From Minisyncoccota bacterium (GTDB taxonomy: Bacteria > Patescibacteriota > Minisyncoccia > UBA6257 > 2-01-FULL-56-20): a stretch of DNA of 64,000 nt. The DNA lies in contig DATJLR010000002.1 of assembly GCA_035509435.1 (NCBI GenBank), positions 5,774-69,773 on the forward strand. The letters are read 5' to 3'. Made by a program: the position numbers and the translations under genes. Shown here in pieces: positions 44,323-52,545 of this stretch (position 1 is its first letter; each line of letters opens with the position of its first letter). The notes beneath the pieces were generated by a model that ran no database searches, was not told where the DNA came from, and saw nothing but the letters and a program-made list of their open reading frames with translations.

Positions 44323-44406
44323 CCCGGGTGGTGAAATTGGTTAAACACGCACCACTTAAAATGGTGTGGCCGTAAGGCCTTGTCGGTTCGAGTCCGACCC
44401 TGGGCA
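44323..44406 (+). tRNA. tRNA-Leu (anticodon TAA)
   Basis: Acceptor GCCCGGG/CCTGGGC. Anticodon stem CACCA/TGGTG with loop CTTAAAA. Long variable arm. T-loop GTTCGAGTC. Uninterrupted. Confidence 0.85.
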
Positions 44407-44456
44407 CAAAAAAAGAGTGGCGTAGCGACGCCACTCTTTGGGTTTGGGAGATGCCC

Positions 44457-44648
44457 TCAGTCATGCATTGGGTAATTAGTGGGAACCGTGAACCCTCCTT
44501 TTTCCGCCAGGCAATAAATACATTCTTCCGCAGCTGCCTGACTCTCCGGAACTTGGGGCCGGTTGAAATACCGGTGCCCGCAACCGGGGCAGTACGGATA
44601 GGTGAGCTCTTCGGCGCCCCTTTGCTCGGGGGCGGATTGATCTGGCAT
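44457..44648 (-). CDS. Hypothetical small zinc-ribbon protein (CPGC...CIYC)
   Basis: 63-aa ORF with two CxxC pairs. May be spurious. Confidence 0.25.
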   Translation of the reverse strand: MPDQSAPEQRGAEELTYPYCPGCGHRYFNRPQVPESQAAAEECIYCLAEKGGFTVPTNYPMHD

Positions 44649-44741
44649 GACACCTCCTTACTGCCCTCATCCTATCCCAGCTCTGTTGCTATCGTCAATC
44701 TTTCATAAGCGTATTCAAGGGTCTATAATAGAATCACTGCC

Positions 44742-45701
44742 ATGCCCTCCTTCGACTACACCACAGGCCAGGCCTTCTTCCGCGATTCGTTTGTGCCGTT
44801 CGCACAGGCGAACGTGAGCATCGCGAGCTCGCCCGTGCTGTACGGCCTCTCCATCTACACTGTCTTCAGCGTCAACTGGAACGAGACGGAGAAGAAACAT
44901 TATATGTTCCGGCTGAAAGACCATTACCGCCGACTCGTGAACTCCGCCGCGATCATGGACTTCAATAATTTCGCCGCGGCGTGGCCGTACGAGAAGTTCG
45001 AGGCCACGATGCGCGAGCTTGTGACGCGCAATGCCATTGCGGGCGAGTCGGTGCTCGTGCGCGCGACCGTTTTTGTGGACGCCCACATCGCCGGGACGAA
45101 GATCCACGATCTTCCGCAGTCGCTCGCGGCATACGTCTATCCGATGGGGCAGATCCTGCCGCGCGGCGGCGTGAACGTGTGCGTGTCGAGCTGGATGCGC
45201 AATCCGGACAACGCGATCCCGGCGCGCGCGAAAGTGAACGGTGGCTACGTCAATTCGTCGCTCATGAAGAACGAGGCGATCCTGAACGGCTATGACGATG
45301 CGCTCGCGCTTGACGCGCAGGGCCATGTGACGGAAGCGACGGTGGCTAACGTATTCATCGTGCGCGGCGGCGTGCTTGTGACGCCGGGCGTTTCTTCGGA
45401 CCTGCTTGAAGGCATCACCCGCGCGAGCATCCTTACGGTCGCGCGCGACGCGGGCATCCCCGTTGAAGAGCGCGCGATGGACCGCAGTGAATTGTACATC
45501 GCCGACGAAGCGTTCCTCTGCGGCAGTTCCGCGCGGCTGATCCCGATACTCTCGGTGGACAAGCGGCCGGTGGGCGGCAACGCGGGCGCGGGCGAGGCAG
45601 GGGCCGCCGGACCGATCACAAAGACATTGCTCGAAAAATATTCTGCGGCGCAGGAGGGGACCGACGGAGGAAAGTATAAGGAATGGAGGATGGAGGTGTA
45701 A
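44742..45701 (+). CDS. Class IV (fold-type IV) PLP-dependent aminotransferase, branched-chain-amino-acid aminotransferase-like
   Basis: Length and motifs of the IlvE/DAAT family (catalytic K in RAKVNGGY, E..NVF, LLEGITR). Confidence 0.8.
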   Translation: MPSFDYTTGQAFFRDSFVPFAQANVSIASSPVLYGLSIYTVFSVNWNETEKKHYMFRLKDHYRRLVNSAAIMDFNNFAAAWPYEKFEATMRELVTRNAIAGESVLVRATVFVDAHIAGTKIHDLPQSLAAYVYPMGQILPRGGVNVCVSSWMRNPDNAIPARAKVNGGYVNSSLMKNEAILNGYDDALALDAQGHVTEATVANVFIVRGGVLVTPGVSSDLLEGITRASILTVARDAGIPVEERAMDRSELYIADEAFLCGSSARLIPILSVDKRPVGGNAGAGEAGAAGPITKTLLEKYSAAQEGTDGGKYKEWRMEV

Positions 45702-45717
45702 TAATATAACAAAGCAT

Positions 45718-46023
45718 ATGGCTGAAAAAATTTCCGGCGGTGTGGCGCATCCGCTGCCGGCAGACCTGAAAAAGGCGCTGCTCTCCGATTCGAAGGCGCT
45801 CACAAAATGGGAAGACATCACGCCGCTCGCGCGCAACGAGTGGATCTGCTGGACCATCTCGGTCAAGCAGCCTGAGACGCGCCGGGAGCACGTTGCGCAC
45901 GTGCGCTCGGAGCTCAAGGAAGGCATGCGCCGCCCGTGCTGCTGGGTGGGCTGCACTCACCGGAAAGACAAGCCGCTCAGTCCTGCGCAGAAATTCGTCA
46001 TGAGCAGGAGGGCGAAGAAATAA
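45718..46023 (+). CDS. YdeI/OmpD-associated family (DUF1801-like) protein
   Basis: LKKALLSDSKALTKWEDITPLARNEWICWTISVKQPETRREHV. Confidence 0.65.
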   Translation: MAEKISGGVAHPLPADLKKALLSDSKALTKWEDITPLARNEWICWTISVKQPETRREHVAHVRSELKEGMRRPCCWVGCTHRKDKPLSPAQKFVMSRRAKK

Positions 46024-46031
46024 ATATATTG

Positions 46032-46115
46032 TGCCCAGGGAGGGAGTCGAACCCTCACGCCCTTGCGAGCACGAGATTTTGAGTCTCGCGTGTATAACCA
46101 TTTCACCACCTGGGC
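46032..46115 (-). tRNA. tRNA-Leu (anticodon CAA)
   Basis: Acceptor GCCCAGG/CCTGGGC. Anticodon stem CGAGA/TCTCG with loop CTCAAAA. Long variable arm. T-loop GGTTCGACTCC. Confidence 0.85.
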
Positions 46116-46173
46116 TTTGAACTACTTCGGCACAATTGATATTAGCCATTTATAAAGGTAAAATCAAGGTAAT

Positions 46174-46995
46174 ATGGCGCGTGTTATTGCTATCTGCAAC
46201 CAAAAAGGCGGCGTCGGGAAGACGACCACGGCGGTAAATTTGGGCGCCTATCTTGCCGCCGCGGGCAAGCGCGTACTGCTCGTCGACTTTGATCCGCAGG
46301 CGAATGCGAGCTCCGCGCTCGGGCACAACCAGATGGCGGGCGAAGGGAGCGTCTATCACGGCATCCTGGACCAGATGACGCCCGAGCAGGTGATCAAGCC
46401 GAGCGTCATCTATAACTTCCACTATGTGCCCGCTGCGCCGCACCTGGCGGGCGCGCTCGTGGAGCTCGTGAACGTGCCCGAGCGCGAATATTTTTTGCGC
46501 AAGTTTGTGAACCGCGTGCGCCACAGCTATGATTACATTTTGATCGACCTTCCGCCGTCGCTCAGCCTGCTCACCGTGAACGGCATGGTGGCCGCGGACG
46601 AGGTGATCATCCCGGTCCAGACGGAGTATTACTCGCTGGAAGGGATCGGCCAGCTGCTCGAGACGGTGAATCTGATCCGCGACAATCTTGCGCATCCGAT
46701 CAAGATCTCCGGCGCCGTGATCACGATGTATGACAAGCGCGAGCATCTTTCGCGCGAGGTTTCCAAGAATATCCGCCGCCATTTCCCGCACCACGTCTTT
46801 GAGGTGGAGGTGCCGCGCGCGGTCGCGCTTGCCGAGGCGCCGAGCTTTTCGAAGCCGATCATCTTGTATCGCCCCGACTCGCCGGGCGCGCAGGCCTACG
46901 AGCGCCTTGCGCAGGAAGTGATGGCGCAGGAAGAGGCGCTCGCGGCCGCCGTTGCGCCCGTGACAAGCGAAGGGTTCGGAAATTTTAACCTTTAA
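46174..46995 (+). CDS. parA: Chromosome partitioning ATPase ParA/Soj
   Basis: Deviant Walker A CNQKGGVGKTTTAVNLGA, DFDPQANAS. Confidence 0.9.
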   Translation: MARVIAICNQKGGVGKTTTAVNLGAYLAAAGKRVLLVDFDPQANASSALGHNQMAGEGSVYHGILDQMTPEQVIKPSVIYNFHYVPAAPHLAGALVELVNVPEREYFLRKFVNRVRHSYDYILIDLPPSLSLLTVNGMVAADEVIIPVQTEYYSLEGIGQLLETVNLIRDNLAHPIKISGAVITMYDKREHLSREVSKNIRRHFPHHVFEVEVPRAVALAEAPSFSKPIILYRPDSPGAQAYERLAQEVMAQEEALAAAVAPVTSEGFGNFNL

Positions 46996-47010
46996 CGGGA
47001 CATCATCACC

Positions 47011-48129
47011 ATGCTTGGAAAAGGACTCGAATCGCTCATACCGAAGAACAACAACCAAGGCGACGGCGCTCAGGCGAACAATGCCGGTGGTGAAAATATC
47101 TCCCAACCCCAGCCCCATCCCGGCTTCGTTCCTCCGGCACAGCCTGCCCAGCCGGTTTCGCAGCCTGTTCAGTCCGTGATGCCATCGCAAGAGCAGCGGC
47201 CGCAGCCGACGCCACAGCCACAGCCCCATCCTCAATCCCAGCCGGCGCGTGAATCGTATGTGCCGCCTCGCCGCGAGGAACCGGCTCCGCAGGAATCCAT
47301 CTTCCATATCGAAACGGAAAAGATAACCGCGAATCCGGACCAGCCGCGCCGGCACTTTGACGAAGAGGCGCTCCATGAGCTCGCGAATTCCATCCGCGAG
47401 TTCGGATTTCTCCAGCCGCTCGTCGTGTCAAAGGTGGAAAAAGAAACGCCGACCGGCATCGCCGTGGAATATCAGATCATTGCGGGCGAGCGGCGGTTCA
47501 TGGCGGCGAAGCTGCTCGGGCTTCCGCGCGTGCCGGTGATCATCCGCAACATCAATCTTGAGCGCGAGAAGCTGGAGCTTGGCGTGATCGAGAACATTCA
47601 GCGCGAGAATCTGAACCCGATCGAAATGGCGCGCGCGTTCCAGCGCCTTCAAGAGGAATTTCGCATGACCCAGCGCGAGATCGCGGCCAAGCTCGGCAAG
47701 AGCCGCGAAGTGGTGGCGAACGCGGTGCGCTTGCTTGACCTGCCGGAATACGTCCAGCGTGCGGTGGAGGAAGGCACCCTTTCCGAGAGCAATGCGCGGC
47801 TCCTGATCGCGATCGAGGATCCGGCGGAGCAGAAAAAAATGCTGGACGACATCGTGCAAAACAAGCTTACGACGCGCGACGTGCGCGAGCGCATCCAGCG
47901 CACGGCAGTGGCATCCGGCGGCACGGTGGCGCACCGGCGCGGCCGGCCGCCGCTCGTGGAAGTGCGCCTCGCGCCGGAGGTGAAGGCGCTTCAGGATGAG
48001 CTTTCAAGCTCCCTCGGCGCGCCGGTGGAGATCAGCAAGAATGCCAACAACGGCAAGATCACGATCACATTCTTCTCGGAGGAGGAATTGGAAGATATTT
48101 TGAGGAAGCTTGGAAAGGAGCAGGGATAG
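47011..48129 (+). CDS. parB: ParB/Spo0J partition protein with a ~95-aa Gln/Pro-rich N-terminal extension
   Basis: GERRFMAAKLLG (ParB box II) and an HTH. The N-terminal low-complexity tract is QPQPHPGFVPPAQPAQPVSQPVQ.... Confidence 0.9.
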   Translation: MLGKGLESLIPKNNNQGDGAQANNAGGENISQPQPHPGFVPPAQPAQPVSQPVQSVMPSQEQRPQPTPQPQPHPQSQPARESYVPPRREEPAPQESIFHIETEKITANPDQPRRHFDEEALHELANSIREFGFLQPLVVSKVEKETPTGIAVEYQIIAGERRFMAAKLLGLPRVPVIIRNINLEREKLELGVIENIQRENLNPIEMARAFQRLQEEFRMTQREIAAKLGKSREVVANAVRLLDLPEYVQRAVEEGTLSESNARLLIAIEDPAEQKKMLDDIVQNKLTTRDVRERIQRTAVASGGTVAHRRGRPPLVEVRLAPEVKALQDELSSSLGAPVEISKNANNGKITITFFSEEELEDILRKLGKEQG

Positions 48130-48154
48130 TTCGCATTTTGCTATCATATAGAGT

Positions 48155-49393
48155 ATGAACCCTCGTGCCTCGCGCCATGGCTTTACCCTCATCGAGCTTC
48201 TCGTCGTCATCGCCATCATCGCCATCCTTGCGGTGGTCGTCGTCCTCACCCTGAATCCGGCCCAGCTTCTGGCCCAGTCCCGTGATGCAAACCGGGTCTC
48301 AGACATGGCAACGCTCCAAAGTGCTTTGAACCTCTATGTGACGGATCAGGCAGGGGCATCAACCTTCAATCTGGGTATTGCATCAGACACATATCCCTCT
48401 ATCTATGACCCGAATGCCACCTCTACCGCAGGGGACCAATGCCAGGGGCTCAATATGGCATCATTCTCCACCTCTACCGGCCAGAACTGGCAATGCGCGG
48501 CATCCTCATCCTACCGGAGCGTGAACGATACGGGCTGGATCCCCGTGAACCTCTCATCCATCTCTGCAGGCTCTCCCGTGAGCAACCTTCCCCAGGACCC
48601 TACGAACCAGACCTCATCAGGCCTCTTCTACGCATACAATACGAATGGGTCCCAGTTCCAGGTCACTGCAGACCTTGAATCTTCAAAATACAAGGCACAA
48701 TACGGGAATTCCCCGAATACCAGCTATTTCCCTGAGGTCATATCAGGAGGCACCCAGGGCATCTCTGCCTTGTACAACCCGTCAGGCCTCGTGGGCTACT
48801 GGCCGATGAACGAGGGGAGTGGATCTTCTACGATCGATGCCTCGGGCAATGGCAATACGGGGACGTGGACAGGCACGCCCATCGGATCCAATGGCACCTA
48901 CTATACCGGAGGCAAAGTGGGAAGCTATGCGGGGGATTTTGATGGGAGCACGAATTATGTGACAACGACCTCCAACCTTCCCACTCTTACCACATTTACG
49001 CTTGCTGCGTGGGTGGACCTTTCGTCGTCCCCGGGAAGGGGATTTGTCCTGTGGGTGTCGCCCGCAGATATTGAAATCGATGGCGGAAATCTTAATTTCA
49101 ATAAAACTGGCACCGGGGGAGTTGCATTGTCCACAACGGCCGGCGTCACGGTCGGCGCTTGGCATTTTGTGGCGGCGACATGGAACGGGTCAAGCCCGTA
49201 TTTATATATCGACGGCGCCAACGTCACTCCCGGATCTTTTTCGTACGGCTACACCACGATCGGCGGCGCCTCTGGCGAAATAGGAGCTTACAACGCATCC
49301 TCGTTCTTTCCGGGATCCATTGACGATGTGCGCGTCTATGGCCGCGCGCTTTCTCCGGCGGAGGTGATGGCACTCTACGACTCGGAGAAATAG
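48155..49393 (+). CDS. Type IV pilin-like protein fused to a LamG/concanavalin-like domain (paralog 2)
   Basis: HGFTLIELLVVIAIIAILAVVVV, ...LVGYWPMNEGSGSS...VRVYGRALSPAEVMALY. Confidence 0.8.
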   Translation: MNPRASRHGFTLIELLVVIAIIAILAVVVVLTLNPAQLLAQSRDANRVSDMATLQSALNLYVTDQAGASTFNLGIASDTYPSIYDPNATSTAGDQCQGLNMASFSTSTGQNWQCAASSSYRSVNDTGWIPVNLSSISAGSPVSNLPQDPTNQTSSGLFYAYNTNGSQFQVTADLESSKYKAQYGNSPNTSYFPEVISGGTQGISALYNPSGLVGYWPMNEGSGSSTIDASGNGNTGTWTGTPIGSNGTYYTGGKVGSYAGDFDGSTNYVTTTSNLPTLTTFTLAAWVDLSSSPGRGFVLWVSPADIEIDGGNLNFNKTGTGGVALSTTAGVTVGAWHFVAATWNGSSPYLYIDGANVTPGSFSYGYTTIGGASGEIGAYNASSFFPGSIDDVRVYGRALSPAEVMALYDSEK

Positions 49394-49399
49394 CGGGCC

Positions 49400-51166
49400 T
49401 TAGACCAGCCGATACGCCGCCTCCTTCACCCCTTTCACGCCGCGCAATTTTGCCACGAGCTTCTCGAGCTTTTTCTTGTCGGTGGAGCGCACTTCCACCC
49501 TGTCGGTGTGGAGCGGCTTTCCCTGCGAAGGTTCCGTGTGAAAGCTCAAAATCCCGATGTGCAGCTCTGCGATCGCGCCGGAGATGTCCTTGATGAGGCC
49601 GATGCGGTCCTCTACAGCCAGCTTGACCTCTGCGTGCGTCGAAAGGCCCGGCGATCGCGCGAACGCGTTCCGCTTGCGGAGCGCGAGGCGGATGTGGTCC
49701 CGCGCGATCGCGGTCTTTGCGAAGCGGAGCCAGTCCTCCGACGGCTTCTTCCCTTTTTGCATGACGATCTCCACGACGTCCCCGGACTTCAGGGCGTGAT
49801 CAAGCGTGCTCATGGCGCCGTTCACCTTTGCCGCGACGGCGGAGTTGCCGATCTCGGAATGGACGTGATAGGCAAAGTCGATCGGCGTCGCGCCGGCGGG
49901 AAGGTCGATCACGTCGCCGCGCGGCGTGATGGCGAAGATGCGGTCGGTGAAGAAGTCGATCTTCATCGCGCGCACGAACTCTTCCGGATCGGTCGCGCCG
50001 CCGCCGAACCGTTCCTGCCAGTTCTTGAGCTGCTGCACCCACTCGATCTCCTGTGCGAGCTTCTTCCCGGAAACGGACATGCCTTCCCTCCGCTGCTTGT
50101 AGAGCCAGTGCGCCGCCACGCCGTACTCGTTTTCGTCGTGCATTTCCTGGGTGCGGATCTGGATCTCCACCTGTTTTCCTTCGGGGCCGATCACGGTGGT
50201 ATGGAGGCTGCGATACGCGTTCGGCTTCGGCATGGCGATGTAGTCCTTGATGCGGCGCGGCACGGGCGGCCACAGTTCGTGGATGACGCCGAGCGCGGCG
50301 TAGCATTCGGGGAGCGTTGCGACGATCACGCGCATCGCAACGAGGTCGTGCACGCGGTCGATGTCCATGTCGCGTTTCAATAACTTTTTATATAGGCTGC
50401 TGTAGCGCTTGGCGCGCACTTCGACGTCGAGCGGCTTGATGTCGTGGGACTCAAGAAGGCGGCGCAGCTGCGGCTTTATCTTCTCCAGATACTTCGAGCG
50501 TTCCGCATATCGCGCCTTCGCGGCGGACACGAGCCACTCGTACTCGCGCGGATGGAGGTAGGGGAAGGCGAGGTCCTGCAATTCGCCGCTTACGTTGTGC
50601 ATGCCGAGCCGGTAGGCGAGCGACGCGTAGATCTCGTCGGTCTCGAGCGCGATGCGCTTTTGCTTTGCGGGCGGCAGCGACCGCAGCGTCTGCATGTTGT
50701 GCAGGCGGTCGGCGAGCTTGATGAAGACGACGCGCAGGTCCTGCGACAGCGCGAGCACCATCTTGCGCAGGTTCTCCGCCTTGTTCTCCTCCGCTGCCTG
50801 CTCGCGCTTTTCGCTCTTTTTCTTTGCGGCGCGGCGCGGCGTTTCCTCTTCGCGGTATTTTATCCGTCCCAGCTTGGTGACGCCGTCCACGAGGAACGCC
50901 ACTTCCGCACCGAACTCTTTCTTTATGGCGTCGATCGGTACGCCGGTGTCTTCAACGGTGTCGTGAAGGATCCCCGCCGCAACGGTCGCCTCATCGAGGT
51001 TCCAGGAGTGCAATATCTCCGCGGTCGCAAGCGAATGGTTGAAGTACGGCTCGCCGCTTTTCCGCTTCTGGCCTTCGTGCGCGCGCTCCGCGAACGCATA
51101 GGCGCGGCCGACCAGGCCCTGGGGCTCTTCTTGTGCCAGTTCTTTTATCGTTGCCATACGTTCCAT
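49400..51166 (-). CDS. rel: Bifunctional (p)ppGpp synthetase/hydrolase, RelA/SpoT family
   Basis: HD domain HDTVEDT. Synthetase domain (RVKD...LHN). TGS and ACT domains. A charged insertion lies after the HD domain. Confidence 0.9.
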   Translation of the reverse strand: MERMATIKELAQEEPQGLVGRAYAFAERAHEGQKRKSGEPYFNHSLATAEILHSWNLDEATVAAGILHDTVEDTGVPIDAIKKEFGAEVAFLVDGVTKLGRIKYREEETPRRAAKKKSEKREQAAEENKAENLRKMVLALSQDLRVVFIKLADRLHNMQTLRSLPPAKQKRIALETDEIYASLAYRLGMHNVSGELQDLAFPYLHPREYEWLVSAAKARYAERSKYLEKIKPQLRRLLESHDIKPLDVEVRAKRYSSLYKKLLKRDMDIDRVHDLVAMRVIVATLPECYAALGVIHELWPPVPRRIKDYIAMPKPNAYRSLHTTVIGPEGKQVEIQIRTQEMHDENEYGVAAHWLYKQRREGMSVSGKKLAQEIEWVQQLKNWQERFGGGATDPEEFVRAMKIDFFTDRIFAITPRGDVIDLPAGATPIDFAYHVHSEIGNSAVAAKVNGAMSTLDHALKSGDVVEIVMQKGKKPSEDWLRFAKTAIARDHIRLALRKRNAFARSPGLSTHAEVKLAVEDRIGLIKDISGAIAELHIGILSFHTEPSQGKPLHTDRVEVRSTDKKKLEKLVAKLRGVKGVKEAAYRLV

Positions 51167-51215
51167 TCTGGCGCGGCGCGGGAAATTTTACAAATCGCCG
51201 ACGCGGCTGCCGGCA

Positions 51216-52511
51216 TCATTTGGTGGCGTTGTACATCTCCTGGATCTCCGCGGCGGAAAGGGCCCGGTCGTATACGCGCACATCGTCCAGGTAGCCGTTA
51301 TATTCCTGGAATGTCGCGTTATTGTTTGCGCCGACATCAAGCTGGGTGGCTGGCAATGCATTCACGTACGGATATGCCGTGACGCCCTGCGACGCGCCGT
51401 TCACATATGCGGTGAGGGAGGTTCCCTGGACGAACACGAACGTCAGGAACGTCCACGTGTTTGCGGGGACGACGTTGCCCGTGACCTGGACCCCTTGAAA
51501 ACTCCCATTATATCCGGTGAACTCCACCGAGTAATATCCGCCTGCGGGGCCGTTAAGGTTGAATCCATAATTTTCATCTGTGACCGTGCCGTTCCGTACC
51601 ATCCACCCTCCTGCGACCTGGCTGGAGTTCGGATCGGCCCAGAAGCTGACCGTGATCACCGTGCCAGCCGTGGCCGTCGCGTTGACGGGCGAAACCTTCA
51701 CGAATTCCTGGTCGGATTGCGCCGGCGGATTGAAATAGAGGGAGCCCGGGCCGACCCGTCCGGGTGACCAGACCGGGAGCGATCCGCCGCCGTCGTACGT
51801 CAGGGTCCCGTTGTTCCCCGCGCCGCTCCCGTCGGCGGTCACCGTCCCCGTGCCTTCGTCAAGGGGCAGGTAAAGGGCAAGCCCCCGACCGGATGTGAGC
51901 GCCATGTTCGTCCCCTTTTCGTAGAGTTCGGGGTCGTTCCCTCCGTCGCTCGCCATGAGTGGCGCTTCCTTCTGCGATTCGAAGAACGCGGTGAGCCGAT
52001 AGCCGCCGACGCCATCGGTCGTGTAGGTATAGTAAAGGTCCGTCGAGGTGGCGTTCGCCGGATCGACGGGCAATGACGAGATGATGCTTCCCGCGGAATA
52101 GCTGTTGAAGTTGATCGGCAGCCATCCGGTGCCGTCAACCCGCATGTACGTGGATGATGCCGCGCAATGGTAGGAGTATGTGGAAGAAGGGAGCGGCGGA
52201 AGGCCGAGGCCCTGGCATTGGTCTCCCGCGGTTGACGTCGCCAAAGGGTCAGGGATGGACAGGTAGACAACGGACGACGTTCCCATGAACATGGTCGACG
52301 GATTGCTTAGCGCATCGGAATAATACAACGACACGGCCTTGTTGAGCGTGGAGATGTCGGTGGCGCGGCGCGCGTCCCGGCTTTGGCGCAGGATCTGGGC
52401 CGGATTGATCAGGAAAACGACCGCGCTCGCCAGGATCGCGATGATGGCGACCGTGACCAGCAGCTCTATGAGCGTGAACCCCCGTCGTTGGACCGCTAAA
52501 TGCCGGCGCAT
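51216..52511 (-). CDS. Type IV pilin-like protein fused to a LamG/concanavalin-like domain (paralog 3)
   Basis: The Met at 52511 gives MRRHLAVQRRGFTLIELLVTVAIIAILA. C-terminal LALYLPLDEGTGT...VRVYDRALSAAEIQEMY. The upstream Arg-rich extension was rejected. Confidence 0.8.
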   Translation of the reverse strand: MRRHLAVQRRGFTLIELLVTVAIIAILASAVVFLINPAQILRQSRDARRATDISTLNKAVSLYYSDALSNPSTMFMGTSSVVYLSIPDPLATSTAGDQCQGLGLPPLPSSTYSYHCAASSTYMRVDGTGWLPINFNSYSAGSIISSLPVDPANATSTDLYYTYTTDGVGGYRLTAFFESQKEAPLMASDGGNDPELYEKGTNMALTSGRGLALYLPLDEGTGTVTADGSGAGNNGTLTYDGGGSLPVWSPGRVGPGSLYFNPPAQSDQEFVKVSPVNATATAGTVITVSFWADPNSSQVAGGWMVRNGTVTDENYGFNLNGPAGGYYSVEFTGYNGSFQGVQVTGNVVPANTWTFLTFVFVQGTSLTAYVNGASQGVTAYPYVNALPATQLDVGANNNATFQEYNGYLDDVRVYDRALSAAEIQEMYNATK

Positions 52512-52545
52512 GATGTTTTCATTATACCATCCGGCGGCAACGGAG

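Noticed and set aside
44323-44406. Group I intron in tRNA-Leu(UAA)
   Set aside because: The anticodon loop CTTAAAA is continuous and the tRNA folds canonically. The LAGLIDADG ORF is upstream, not inside.
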